Of a DNA stretch of 64,000 nt, positions 18,966 through 29,636 are shown piece after piece (position 1 is the stretch's first letter; the number at the start of each line of letters is the position of its first letter). Under the pieces are notes generated by a model. The model saw nothing but the letters and a program-made list of their open reading frames with translations, was not told where the DNA came from and searched no databases. The position numbers were made by a program, and so were the translations under genes. Source of the DNA: Candidatus Heimdallarchaeota archaeon (lineage in GTDB: Archaea > Asgardarchaeota > Heimdallarchaeia > Hodarchaeales > Hodarchaeaceae); the NCBI GenBank assembly GCA_011364965.1, contig RDOB01000002.1:384001-448000 (forward strand). The letters are read 5' to 3'.

Positions 18966-19556
18966 TCAATCTGATGGTTGAGAGTAACGAGGAGAATTCG
19001 GGAATAAAACTAATAGTTCTCCTCGAGAACGTTGTTTTCGAGTTTTAATATCAAAACGAAATTTTTCTATAATTTTAAGCAATTCCAAGAAATCCTTTTC
19101 AGGAATAAGCATATGAAAAATTGGTAAACTTTTACCTACTTTTATTTCAATACGTCCAAAACTTTTCTTTCTATTTTTTTCCTTTTTCTCCCATCTGTCA
19201 AATCTCATGTAATGGATGTCATCATATCTACACTTCACAAAATTAAATAAATTAAATTTCATAAGCAAAGATTGAATTGATCCTACTCCCCAAATAACAC
19301 TGTGTTTATTGATTTGTACATATCTATAGTGTTTTGGTAATAACCAAGTTGAAAGAATGGGCCAAGAAACTATAACAACAAAAAATGAAAACCATTCCAT
19401 TAAAATAAAAGCAAAAATAGCAATTAAGAGAGAGAACAGAGCGATGTCTTTTAAAAATCCAGAAGTATCCTGTAAATGACAAGTGTAAATCGTGCTCTTA
19501 TCCGTTTCTGAATAGAATGTTCCTTCTACAAGTACTTGGTCTTTACGGATAGCCAA
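18966..19556 (-). CDS. Hypothetical 2-TM membrane protein with C-terminal soluble beta-rich domain
   Basis: The track ORF runs to 19694, which would collide with the divergent gene's promoter. TTG 19556 preceded by AGAGGA is the likelier start. Confidence 0.6.
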   Translation of the reverse strand: MAIRKDQVLVEGTFYSETDKSTIYTCHLQDTSGFLKDIALFSLLIAIFAFILMEWFSFFVVIVSWPILSTWLLPKHYRYVQINKHSVIWGVGSIQSLLMKFNLFNFVKCRYDDIHYMRFDRWEKKEKNRKKSFGRIEIKVGKSLPIFHMLIPEKDFLELLKIIEKFRFDIKTRKQRSRGELLVLFPNSPRYSQPSD

Positions 19557-19695
19557 CTTTGATCCTCTGTTTGTAAAAATTAAATTGCTGCTATATAGGT
19601 AATTAATTGATATTTTTAAATTAATTGGGAATTTTGAATTAATTGGGTAAAAACCACTCCGTTCAGATTTTAATTTATCCATATATGGTGACAAT

Positions 19696-21087
19696 ATGAA
19701 TAATGCTCTTTCAATGTTTTTTCAACCTTCTTCCATTGCAATAGTAGGAGTTAGCAGAAACCCAAACAAGGCTGGATATGGTATCCTGAAAAACGTGATT
19801 CAAACTTTTCCATTCAAAGATCGTATTTATCCAATTAATCCTTCAGCTAATAAAATACTTAACCTTACAGTTTATGCTTCACTTCTAGAAATTCCTGGAT
19901 CTATTGACCTAGTAATATTTTTTGTGGTTCCAAAAGACATTCCTGAGCTTCTCATACAATGTTCCCAAAAAGGGGTAAGGGGGGTGATCATTGAAAGCGC
20001 AGGTTTTGCTGAAGTGGGTCAGGAGGGAAGATTAATACAGGAGAGAGTCCAAAAATTAGGTCAGAAGTTCAATATACGAATATGGGGCGGTAATTGCATG
20101 GGAACAGTGACTGATGAGCTTATTACTACTTTTGAACCCATTCCTAATGAAATTCGCTTAAAAGGATCACTCAGTTTAGTTGGTCAATCAGGTTATTTCT
20201 CTGGGGCTGTTGTGCTTCAGTGCTTTACAGAAAGATATTTAGGCATACGGAAGGCCTGTTCGATCGGGAACCGAATAGATATAGATGAATGTGATTTATT
20301 GAGAGATTTCCTGGAGGATGAAAAAACAAAAGTGGCAGCTTTTTATCTAGAGGGATTAAAACGACCAAGAGAATTTATTAATATAGCTAAATCTTCTAAA
20401 AAGCCAATAATATGCTTATTAGGAGGCCAATCAAGAGTTGGAAGGCAAGCTGCACTAAGTCACACTTCATCAACAACAAGTGGTTCGCCAGAGTTATTAT
20501 CAGGTTTACTTAAACAAGCTGGAATAATTCAAGTTCAAGATTTTGGAGAGTTTTTTAATATTATTGAATCATTTGTTAAGCTTCCTATTCCCACGAGCAA
20601 TAAATTGGCAATTATTACTATAACTGGAGCTGGTGGAGTGATTGCTTCTGACATTGTAGCTCAAACTTTTCTTGAAATTCCTGAATTATCCGCTGCAACT
20701 GAATTAGCGCTTAAAGCAATTTTTCCTCCTTGGATGCCCCCCAAAAATCCCGTGGATTCTTGGCCTGCATTTGAACTTCATGGATTGGACACAGCGCTAA
20801 GAAAAATATTTCCAATTCTTCTTGGGGATGAAAAAATTAATGCAATCATCTTGATGATCGCGTGTATGTCTGTAGCTGCTAGTTTCGATCCTGAAATTAT
20901 TTCTAGTCTCAAGGGATATAAGAAACCAATAATAACGTATTTTGTAGGAAACAAAATGGTAAAAAGTCAATGGACAGACATAATTCGAAGAGATGGGGGA
21001 GTAGTTTTTGATGATATCAATACTTGTGTTAAATCTATTGAATTCCTTTATTTATGGAATAAATTTCAAAATAGAGAGGTATTTTAA
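19696..21087 (+). CDS. ADP-forming acetate/acyl-CoA ligase alpha subunit
   Basis: CoA-binding N-terminus (IVGVS, YPINP, SAGFAE), GQSG, SIGNRID, phospho-His motif AALSHT, NPVD. Confidence 0.88.
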   Translation: MNNALSMFFQPSSIAIVGVSRNPNKAGYGILKNVIQTFPFKDRIYPINPSANKILNLTVYASLLEIPGSIDLVIFFVVPKDIPELLIQCSQKGVRGVIIESAGFAEVGQEGRLIQERVQKLGQKFNIRIWGGNCMGTVTDELITTFEPIPNEIRLKGSLSLVGQSGYFSGAVVLQCFTERYLGIRKACSIGNRIDIDECDLLRDFLEDEKTKVAAFYLEGLKRPREFINIAKSSKKPIICLLGGQSRVGRQAALSHTSSTTSGSPELLSGLLKQAGIIQVQDFGEFFNIIESFVKLPIPTSNKLAIITITGAGGVIASDIVAQTFLEIPELSAATELALKAIFPPWMPPKNPVDSWPAFELHGLDTALRKIFPILLGDEKINAIILMIACMSVAASFDPEIISSLKGYKKPIITYFVGNKMVKSQWTDIIRRDGGVVFDDINTCVKSIEFLYLWNKFQNREVF

Positions 21088-21690
21088 TTGCAGATAATCT
21101 TCATACGCCATGGAGAAAGCGAAGCAAATGCACAAAAGGTATTGCAAGGACACATGGATTCACCGCTTTCAGAAATAGGACGTTCACAAGCTAAAGCCTT
21201 AGCTCCAAGAATTCAAATTAGGAGATTTGATTATATTTATTCATCTGATCTTTCAAGAGCAGCAGAAACAGCTAAAATTATTTGTGATCCTTCAGAGGCA
21301 AGTAAAATCATATATACACCGCTTCTCAGGGAGATGGCTCTTGGAGAATTTGAGGGAAAAGCCATAGAGCTAATGGAAGACAAAGAACGCGAATACTTCC
21401 AAAGTTTCTTTAATGAAACATCGCAACCTATTCCAAATGGAGAGAGTGTAGAACAATTTATGCACAGATTAAAGAAATTTTTAAGAACTATAGATGAATT
21501 AAATCCGCCTCCTCAACATATTTTAGTCGTTGCTCATGGAGGTGTTATCTTTACTATTCTTAAACGAATTATGAAAATTCTTCCTGATTTTCAAAATGAT
21601 GAATGGTTTGAGAATTGTAGGATAAATGAAATTCAAAAAATTGAAAACGGAAACTGGATTGTTAAATCAATAAATGGACGGATCATTTGA
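21088..21690 (+). CDS. Histidine phosphatase (phosphoglycerate mutase-like)
   Basis: IRHGES, SSDLSRA, LRE, VAHGG. Confidence 0.92.
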   Translation: MQIIFIRHGESEANAQKVLQGHMDSPLSEIGRSQAKALAPRIQIRRFDYIYSSDLSRAAETAKIICDPSEASKIIYTPLLREMALGEFEGKAIELMEDKEREYFQSFFNETSQPIPNGESVEQFMHRLKKFLRTIDELNPPPQHILVVAHGGVIFTILKRIMKILPDFQNDEWFENCRINEIQKIENGNWIVKSINGRII

Positions 21691-21691
21691 T

Positions 21692-22282
21692 TTATTTCAT
21701 AAGTATCCTTCGTAATTCTTCAACATAGCTACTATATTGGGGGTCAATTTGAACAAGAAACATTCCTAAAACACGTCTCATTACTTCAAATTGATGATCA
21801 TAAGCTTTTGGAAATTCATTTCTATCTCCGATAAGTTCTCCGAGGTACTTACTCAAATTAATTGATAGTTTTCCTATTAATTCTTTTGCTCTTTTTTCTT
21901 CTTCTTCATTAGCAGGTATAAATCCTAGATCAGAAAAGTAGTCTAGTAGAACTGGGATTCTAACATTGAGGAGTGAACTTTCATCTTCTGATGCAATTAA
22001 ACTCTCTGCCTCCTCACTTAGCAAGAAAAAGGCATCAGTCATCTCTGCGGAATATTCTTTAACAATATATTTTTGCTTCCCCTTTTGTACATCGTGCTCT
22101 TTGACAAATCCTGTATCTATTAATTTCTTGAGGTGTCGATATACTGTTGAAACATTTTTATCAACTTCTTTTGCTATATTCTCCGCAGTTAATGCTCCTT
22201 TATCCTTTAAAAGATTCCATATCTCCCATCTTGACGCTTCAACTAGCTGTGAGACTCTTTGAGGGTCACGAATGATTTTCAA
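21692..22282 (-). CDS. ArsR-like winged-helix transcriptional regulator
   Basis: SRWEIWNLL...LTAENIAKEVDKNVSTVYRHLKKLIDTGFV. Confidence 0.85.
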   Translation of the reverse strand: MKIIRDPQRVSQLVEASRWEIWNLLKDKGALTAENIAKEVDKNVSTVYRHLKKLIDTGFVKEHDVQKGKQKYIVKEYSAEMTDAFFLLSEEAESLIASEDESSLLNVRIPVLLDYFSDLGFIPANEEEEKRAKELIGKLSINLSKYLGELIGDRNEFPKAYDHQFEVMRRVLGMFLVQIDPQYSSYVEELRRILMK

Positions 22283-22309
22283 ATTAACTTCCCTTGGAAA
22301 GTGTTTGGA

Positions 22310-22332
22310 AATAAAACTAGTTTAGTTTTATT
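22310..22332. promoter_or_regulatory. Perfect 10-bp inverted repeat upstream of the ArsR-like gene (candidate operator)
   Basis: AATAAAACTA-gtt-TAGTTTTATT, 28-50 bp upstream of the start at 22282. Confidence 0.5.
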
Positions 22333-22407
22333 GAAACCACTAGCTTTAATTCCGCTTTTGAGACACTATTTTTTATTTTTATCATCAATTACTAAAGATT
22401 TTTCTTT

Positions 22408-23277
22408 TCATTTTAAATGTTTAGCAAGGATTGTTTCTTCGTCAGTTTTCTTAAATCCCCAAGATCTGTACATTTGATTATGAACAGGGCTATCAGCATA
22501 AGTTGAGAGTAAAACACAATTAACAGCATACTTTTCGAACCATTCAAAGGCCTTTTTCGTAAGGGTTGTTCCTATATGTCTTCTTTGATATTCTGGTAAC
22601 GTTGCTATTCTCACATAGTTACCTGTTTTTCCATCCTCCGAGATTGTGTTATAATTATATCCTACTATATGACCTTCAAGAAATGCTACAAAAAGGCTTC
22701 GATTTCCCGATCTAATGATATTTATAAATTCTTGTCTTCGATATCGCCAATAATGGGAGAAACAAATATTTTCAATTTCTATAAGTTCATTAACATCATC
22801 TTCTTCTGCAATACGAACGTAAATTTCCAGATTCTCTTTAAAATCAAATCTTGAACTCTTTTTCACATAATTATTGATTCTTGTGATTAAATCATAATCC
22901 TTTTTCAAAAAAAAATTTATTGAATCATAATTCTCTTGATGAATTCTGACTGATAAATATTCTAAATGGGGCGTGCTATGTAAGAGTTCTGCTTCAATTT
23001 CAGTAAGAAGCCGCGTACCTATATTCTGATATCGAAATTCGGGTTCAATATAAATACTATGAAGACGAGCTTTGTTAGAATTTTTTTCCACTCCTATTGT
23101 GAAACCAATAATCCTTTTATTAAAAATTGCTATCTTAACCATATATGGTTTAAATTTTATATATTCCTGGAAATTTTTTTCTTGTTTTTGAGAATCAAAT
23201 GCTCCCCATATAGATTTATAAAGTGTTAGGAAGGATTCTTGTTCTCTAGTTAAAATAGATCTAATATGTATGATCAT
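22408..23277 (-). CDS. Tandem GNAT acetyltransferase
   Basis: Two acetyl-CoA motifs: IEPEFRYQNIGTRLL and TLPEYQRRHIGTTL. Confidence 0.85.
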   Translation of the reverse strand: MIIHIRSILTREQESFLTLYKSIWGAFDSQKQEKNFQEYIKFKPYMVKIAIFNKRIIGFTIGVEKNSNKARLHSIYIEPEFRYQNIGTRLLTEIEAELLHSTPHLEYLSVRIHQENYDSINFFLKKDYDLITRINNYVKKSSRFDFKENLEIYVRIAEEDDVNELIEIENICFSHYWRYRRQEFINIIRSGNRSLFVAFLEGHIVGYNYNTISEDGKTGNYVRIATLPEYQRRHIGTTLTKKAFEWFEKYAVNCVLLSTYADSPVHNQMYRSWGFKKTDEETILAKHLK

Positions 23278-23416
23278 TACTTACTCCAACCTCTGATTAA
23301 TAGAAGGATTTATGAATTTTCTTTCTTCCTACAAAATCAAAGTGTGAGGTGAGGAAGTCATTACTCCTCATAGCCAGTTACTAAAATTTGATGAAACTAC
23401 TCAAATTAATAGCATA

Positions 23417-24421
23417 GTGTTACCACATTCAGGTAATATTGTCAGCTATAGGCTTTTGATACGTAAAGATCCAATTACTGGCCAATCTGTAGTAATTTCA
23501 TCAAGCTTATCAGAAAAGATGGATTTATTCATTAGAAAAACTGATTGGAAATTAGTAGAATCTCTTATGTATTCTTCTGCGAAAAAATGTCCTTTTTGTA
23601 TAAAGAACTTGACATTAGAGGCCCCTAAATTTCCAAGGAATTTGGGAATTCCAGAACCATTAAGTAAGGGTGAAGCAATTGTAATTCCAAATTTATATCC
23701 TCAATGGGAACATCATGCGGTTGTGATTCTCACCAAAGATCATTTCATTCTTCCAAATCAAATTACTGGACAACATCTTAGAGATGGTTTAGTTTGTTCA
23801 TTAAAATATTTTAAATCCATACATCAAAATTTTCCAGAGAGTTATTTTGCAAGTATAAATCTAAATTATCTTCATCCAGCTGGTGCTACCCTGCCTCATC
23901 CACATTTACAATTACTAGTAAGTTCTATACCAACAAACCACCAAAAATTATTATTGAAAAGAGAAATAAAATTTTCTGAAAAATATAGAAAAAGAATCTG
24001 GGAGGAATTGGTTTTTGAGGAACAAAAACGAAATCAAAGATATTTAGGAAATTCTTCTGGAGTACATTGGATTTTACCTTATTCTCCTCTTGGAGATTAT
24101 GAAATTAGAGCAATCTTTCCGACTTCGAATTTTTTAGACCTTAAAGAGGAAGAAATTGAAACTTTCTGTTATATCGTGTCTAATATTATTAGTAAATATC
24201 AGAAATTAGGAATTTCTAGTTTCAATTTTTCTCTAATAGGTTATTTATGCACCAAATTTGAGAAATCCTCTAATATCACATTCTCAATTGTTCCTCGTCA
24301 GAATATTTATGAAAATTATCGAAATGACATAAATTTTCTAGGTTTTCTTCAAAATACGCGATTTTTGATTTACAGCCCAGAAGATTATTTCTGTATTTTT
24401 CAAACAATATTTGAATCCTGA
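23417..24421 (+). CDS. galT: Galactose-1-phosphate uridylyltransferase-like (GalT/HIT superfamily)
   Basis: RKDPITG, CPFC, PNLYP, AGATLPHPHLQ (HxHxQ). Substrate not certain. Confidence 0.75.
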   Translation: MLPHSGNIVSYRLLIRKDPITGQSVVISSSLSEKMDLFIRKTDWKLVESLMYSSAKKCPFCIKNLTLEAPKFPRNLGIPEPLSKGEAIVIPNLYPQWEHHAVVILTKDHFILPNQITGQHLRDGLVCSLKYFKSIHQNFPESYFASINLNYLHPAGATLPHPHLQLLVSSIPTNHQKLLLKREIKFSEKYRKRIWEELVFEEQKRNQRYLGNSSGVHWILPYSPLGDYEIRAIFPTSNFLDLKEEEIETFCYIVSNIISKYQKLGISSFNFSLIGYLCTKFEKSSNITFSIVPRQNIYENYRNDINFLGFLQNTRFLIYSPEDYFCIFQTIFES

Positions 24422-24507
24422 TAACAAGCGGGGTGTAATTACTGTCAAAATATGATCTTTTTAGCGAGGAAAATGCTCAGAAGATTTTACTTAAGTTTGT
24501 AAATGAT

Positions 24508-26730
24508 TTGGAAGTTTGTACTGAATTAATGGATCGTAATGTCCTTGAGGAGGAGCTAGGCTTTTTTTATGCACGAGTTCTAAATGATAATAGCATATCA
24601 TGGAATGAGACAAGAAAAAAGTTACCCCAAGCAGCTGCATTTGTGATTTTGGTTCAAATTTTTTACTTCATTGCATTTGAAAAGAAAAAAAGTACGAAGG
24701 TTAATGTAAATAACGCCTCGATTTCTGATATCCAACACTGGTTTCAAACCATTTTAAATGTGGAATCAAATCCTATTTATCAGATCGATCTCATCAATAA
24801 GCTCCCTTCTAATTCTCAACCGATCTTGAACCAGATATTTAGAGAGTTAGAAACATGGGGTTCAAATATGATGGAAATTGATATTCTTGGAAAAATTTTT
24901 CATACTTTAATCCCGAAATCACTTCGTAAATATCTTTCAGCTTATTATTCATCTAATATTGTGAGCGATTTCATTTCTCATATTATTTTAGATGGGTTCG
25001 AAATAAAAAGAATATTAGATCCATCTTGTGGTTCTGGTACATTCCTAGTTTCAGCATATAAAAAATTAAAAAGTCTTAAATCTGAATTAAACCATCAGGA
25101 GATATTAAACCAGCTTTATGGTGTAGATGTTTCTATATTTGCTTCCCAATTAGCCAGTATCAATCTTGCTCTTCAAGATCCTTTATATTATTCCCCACAA
25201 TATCATTTATACGTAAATGACATATTCAAAATGAAAATAGGGGAAAAAAAGGGCAATTTCTTGCCTCTGATGGATGTATTGATGGGAAATCCTCCCTTTA
25301 CTCGTGGAGATCGAATTACTAGCGGATATAAAGATTTTTTGTATAATCATCTTAAAAAGCACGAAATCAATGTAAATTATAATAAAAAATATTTGGGATT
25401 CTATGGATATTTCTTATTGGATTCACTTCGATTTTTAAAACCTAATGGAACATTAGCCTACATTTTGCCCATTTCTATTATTAATTCTGCTACAATGAAT
25501 CCAGTGTTAAACTACCTTCAACATAGGTTTACTTTTGAATATTTTATTACATCAGATGAAGAAATCGCGTTTTCTGAACAATCTCAGTTTAAAGAAGTGA
25601 TAATGATAGCAAAAAACACTCCTCCTACCAACTCATCTGTTACTAAATTTGTTGTTCTCAAATCCAAGTTAACAGAGGCAAATTATAAAAATCTAGCTTA
25701 TTTCTTAATTAATAACCAAGATATCGACAATCACCTTATTAGAGTCAAATCAATTGAAACTCCTCGCCTTTTAAACACTAAATCAGTCGATTGGACTCTA
25801 TATTTCCATAGTTCCTCTTTTCTTAATCTTTATACTCAAATTAAACATAATAATATGTTTAAACCTGTATCCAGTTTTCTTAGCCATCCAAGAAGGGATG
25901 TTGATAGAGGAATACGAGTGGGGGTATCAAATTTCTTTTATTTACCAAATAAATATTGGATGATAACCAGAGAAGACGAAAAATCAATTGAAATCAGTTC
26001 TAAAGAAACAAAACTCAAATTAACACTTCCTAGATCAAATATTTCTCCAGTCTTGCGAAAATCATCTCTCTATCATACAATCAGACCAAAAATATCGGAA
26101 TATATCCTTCTCTTTCCAGATGATACGCTTACAGACGATAGTATGAAGTACATTAAGTGGGGCCAAAAGAAATTTTCCAAAACAGATGGTTTTCATGCTC
26201 TCACATTTAACCAAATATCCCAAGGAAGGAAAATTGCTAGAGTAGCAATTATTCATAAGTTCAGCTTAAATTCAGGACGATTTTTAGCATTTTTTGTCAA
26301 AAATAAATGTGTTATAAGTGATAATTTCATATTTATAAGAACTGGAGATGTTTCTCACGATAAAGTTCTTGCTGCATATTTTAATAGCACGATTTTCCTA
26401 GCAACTTATTTAATTTTGCGTCGAGAGAAGATTTCGTCCTTAGGTCAAATCTTCGGGACGGATTTGAGGAATTTTTTTTGCTTAAATCCCAAATTATTGG
26501 CAAATAAGGATTCTAAAGTTCTCTGTGAGGCTTTTGATGAATTTAATAGGAAATCTGATCAATTCTTATCTTTAAAAGATCAAATCCGTGAACTCTCCCA
26601 AGGAAAATTTCTTTCACGTTATCGTCTTGATTTTGCGTTGTGTCAGGTCTTGCAGATAAATGATATTGAAAATTTCATAAAGGAATTATATAAAACAATG
26701 CAAAACGAAATTTTCCGTCTTAAGATATAA
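24508..26730 (+). CDS. N6-adenine DNA methyltransferase, gamma class, with C-terminal target-recognition region
   Basis: LGKIFHTLI...YYS (motif X region), LDPSCGSGTFL (motif I), GNPPF (motif IV). No obvious nuclease motif. Confidence 0.85.
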   Translation: MEVCTELMDRNVLEEELGFFYARVLNDNSISWNETRKKLPQAAAFVILVQIFYFIAFEKKKSTKVNVNNASISDIQHWFQTILNVESNPIYQIDLINKLPSNSQPILNQIFRELETWGSNMMEIDILGKIFHTLIPKSLRKYLSAYYSSNIVSDFISHIILDGFEIKRILDPSCGSGTFLVSAYKKLKSLKSELNHQEILNQLYGVDVSIFASQLASINLALQDPLYYSPQYHLYVNDIFKMKIGEKKGNFLPLMDVLMGNPPFTRGDRITSGYKDFLYNHLKKHEINVNYNKKYLGFYGYFLLDSLRFLKPNGTLAYILPISIINSATMNPVLNYLQHRFTFEYFITSDEEIAFSEQSQFKEVIMIAKNTPPTNSSVTKFVVLKSKLTEANYKNLAYFLINNQDIDNHLIRVKSIETPRLLNTKSVDWTLYFHSSSFLNLYTQIKHNNMFKPVSSFLSHPRRDVDRGIRVGVSNFFYLPNKYWMITREDEKSIEISSKETKLKLTLPRSNISPVLRKSSLYHTIRPKISEYILLFPDDTLTDDSMKYIKWGQKKFSKTDGFHALTFNQISQGRKIARVAIIHKFSLNSGRFLAFFVKNKCVISDNFIFIRTGDVSHDKVLAAYFNSTIFLATYLILRREKISSLGQIFGTDLRNFFCLNPKLLANKDSKVLCEAFDEFNRKSDQFLSLKDQIRELSQGKFLSRYRLDFALCQVLQINDIENFIKELYKTMQNEIFRLKI

Positions 26731-26756
26731 GAAAATGGAAATATATCATTGGTGAT

Positions 26757-28838
26757 GTGTTGATACTTGAAAAAAGCTTCCCTCTAGAAAAAGTTCAAAC
26801 TTTAACAAAAATTGAGTCTCAAAGGCGTCAATTCTACAGACCCATATACTCTTTACACAAATCTTGGGCAAGACGTCCTGGAACATTGTTTCGAGCAGTA
26901 GGATTAACTCATTTTTACCCCTCACAACTTTTTTCTGGTGAAGATCTCAAAAAAAGTCCTTATTACCATAACCATTCGTTCAAAAATTCAATAGTTTTGG
27001 ATCCTTTTGCAGGAGGAGGAACAACTCTTGTTGAATTCAATCGTTTAGGAATTAGAACAATTGGTATTGACACGAATCCTGTAGCTTGGTTTACGACCAA
27101 AAAAGAATTAGAATTTTTTGATTTAAATGAGTTTAATAACGAAGCTGACAGAATATTTTTTAAAATCGGAGAAAAAATACAATCATATTATAAAACAGAT
27201 TGTCCTGCATGTGGTAATAAGAATGCAGATATTATGTATACCTTTTGGGTGAGGAAAATTACTTGTCCTAGCTGTAATTCGAAACAGGATCTTTTCAAAT
27301 ACTATATTATCGGAAAAAAGCAACGACAGCACCAAAAAACTTGTTTAATATGTCCTAAATGCAACTTCCTTTTTTATTCTAAAAAACAATTAAACGGTGA
27401 AAGCATCTGTCCTAGTTGCTTAAAGCATTTTTATCCGTTGAAGGGGAATTGCAGGAAGAAGATTTTTATTTGTACATGCTGTGGTAATGAATTCAAATTA
27501 CTAGACGTCTTAAAAAATAGCTCTGAGGGCTTAAACCAAAAACAGATAGCAATTGAATACTTTTGTCCTTCATGCAGATCAAGGGACTATAAAAAGATAT
27601 CAAAAACTGATTTAGATTTGTATAAGAAAACTAAAGATGAATTTGAAGAATTAAAAGATGAACTTCTATATCCCAGAACCAAATTGCCAAGATCTGGAGT
27701 AAATATCAGGAATTTAATAAATTATGGTTTCGAGTTCTTCGCTGACCTTTTCAATCCCCGACAATTGTTGTGTTTAAGCTTGCTTCTAAAAGAAATTTCC
27801 CAAATTACCTCTGAGAGGGTACAAGAATATTTTTTGCTTGCTTTTTCAAGTAGCTTAGAGTTTCATACCGTTTTATGTCCGTATAATTATACTATGAAGC
27901 AAATTGTGAATATATTTAATTATCAATCCTTTCTAGTACCTCTACTGTATGTTGAGAACAATGTTTGGGGAACTGAAAAAGGAAATGGGACTTTTAAAAC
28001 ATATCTTGATAGAATCCGGAAAGCGAAGAATTATTGTGTGAAACCTTTTGAGATTTTCTCTGAAAATGGTAAGATAACAAAGATCCCTATTCTTGGGGAA
28101 CGGATTAATGCTGAAATGGTTGAAGATTTTGCCTCTCTTAAAAGAAGTAGCACTCCTAGTTCTTATCTAATTTGTGGTTCCTCTATGCAATTAACATTAT
28201 ATGGTATTGAGTCTAAATCAATAGATATCGTAGCAACTGACCCTCCATACTTTGATTTCATTCAATATTCTGAATTAGCTAATTTCTTTTATGTTTGGTT
28301 AAGAATTGTACTAGAGTCTCGCTATTCAGCCTTTAAAAGCGAGTTGATTTCTAGCTATGCTGAATTAGGTTCTGATAAAAAACCATCACAGTTTCTAGCT
28401 GGTTTAACTAATGTTTTTAAGGAATGTTATCGTGTATTGAAAGAAAAAGCCCCTCTAGTATTTACCTTTCATCATTCAAGCGATTCTGCGTGGGGGATAA
28501 TTTTACAGTCTATATTTCTTAGTAATTTTGTCGTAACAGCTGCTTATCCTATACACAGTGAATTTAAAGCAAGACCCACAACAGGAAGAAATTACGATAT
28601 ACTACTTATTTGTAGGAAGAGAGAGAGTTTAATCAAAATAAATACCGTAAGTTGGAAGGAAATTAAAGAAAAAGTAAAGAAAGAAGTTCAAATTGTTCAA
28701 AACTGTAAAAACAAAGAAACTTATAAATGGGAGGAGACCTTTAGTAATATTATCCCGCTAATTTCCAGTTCATTAACACCTGAATTATTATCTGATCTAA
28801 ATAGTGATTTAAAAGAAGTTTTTTCACTTTTACAATAA
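26757..28838 (+). CDS. Zn-ribbon-containing amino DNA methyltransferase (COG1743/DUF1156-like), copy 1
   Basis: LHKSWARRPG, DPFAGGGT, six CxxC, TDPPY, FTFHH. Confidence 0.88.
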   Translation: MLILEKSFPLEKVQTLTKIESQRRQFYRPIYSLHKSWARRPGTLFRAVGLTHFYPSQLFSGEDLKKSPYYHNHSFKNSIVLDPFAGGGTTLVEFNRLGIRTIGIDTNPVAWFTTKKELEFFDLNEFNNEADRIFFKIGEKIQSYYKTDCPACGNKNADIMYTFWVRKITCPSCNSKQDLFKYYIIGKKQRQHQKTCLICPKCNFLFYSKKQLNGESICPSCLKHFYPLKGNCRKKIFICTCCGNEFKLLDVLKNSSEGLNQKQIAIEYFCPSCRSRDYKKISKTDLDLYKKTKDEFEELKDELLYPRTKLPRSGVNIRNLINYGFEFFADLFNPRQLLCLSLLLKEISQITSERVQEYFLLAFSSSLEFHTVLCPYNYTMKQIVNIFNYQSFLVPLLYVENNVWGTEKGNGTFKTYLDRIRKAKNYCVKPFEIFSENGKITKIPILGERINAEMVEDFASLKRSSTPSSYLICGSSMQLTLYGIESKSIDIVATDPPYFDFIQYSELANFFYVWLRIVLESRYSAFKSELISSYAELGSDKKPSQFLAGLTNVFKECYRVLKEKAPLVFTFHHSSDSAWGIILQSIFLSNFVVTAAYPIHSEFKARPTTGRNYDILLICRKRESLIKINTVSWKEIKEKVKKEVQIVQNCKNKETYKWEETFSNIIPLISSSLTPELLSDLNSDLKEVFSLLQ

Positions 28839-28952
28839 AAATAAGTCAATAAAGGTCTATTCACCAACTTTTTTTCTTTATTTGAATATAAAAACCTGAA
28901 ACTTAAAAAGGTGAAGAGAAGGATTATTGGATGAACAAAAACTAGATTCAAG

Positions 28953-29615
28953 ATGATTATGATGCCTGGAGAATTCTTTGGGAAAATTTTAATGGAAAAA
29001 AATATACATAAACGAGGAACCCAGTTATTTCTTAAGATTGTAGAGTTAACAGAAGTATGTTTTGAGAAATATGAAGACGCAGTAAAAGCTTGGAGAAATG
29101 GGGAATATGAGAAAGGTTTAGCATTAAGAGATGAAATAATTAAGATAGAACAGGAAGCAGATGAAATCAAAGACACCTTTTTTGAAACAATTTTCACAAA
29201 AAAAGCTTATCTTCCTCAAATCACCGAAGAAAGATATCAATTAATGCTGAACGCTGATCATGTAATGGATAGAATCGAGCGAGCTGTTAGAACGCTATGT
29301 TTGAAAAAAATTGATAGTAGTTATTTTCCTGCTGAATTTGATAAGCTTTTAGATAAAACAGAAGATGTTATGGATTTATTTGTAAAAGCAAATGAGTATT
29401 TTTTCGATGATTATGAGAAATCAGCAAATGCTGCTCAGAAATTAGAAAAACTTCGCGATGAAGTTCGGGATCTATATTATTTAATACAAGAAAAATTAGT
29501 TAACGATGAATTACCTCGTGGAACAGAAAGAGTGTTAAATGTAACTACTCGGATAAGCATAACAGCTGAGGAAGCCACCGACTATTTAAAAGTACTTATA
29601 GCAAAGCATAGTTAG
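28953..29615 (+). CDS. DUF47 / PhoU-like phosphate transport regulator
   Basis: Helical acidic protein with IEQEADEIK and LEKLRDEV repeats, directly upstream of pit. Confidence 0.85.
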   Translation: MIMMPGEFFGKILMEKNIHKRGTQLFLKIVELTEVCFEKYEDAVKAWRNGEYEKGLALRDEIIKIEQEADEIKDTFFETIFTKKAYLPQITEERYQLMLNADHVMDRIERAVRTLCLKKIDSSYFPAEFDKLLDKTEDVMDLFVKANEYFFDDYEKSANAAQKLEKLRDEVRDLYYLIQEKLVNDELPRGTERVLNVTTRISITAEEATDYLKVLIAKHS

Positions 29616-29636
29616 TCTGTTTCGAGGCGTTAGATT

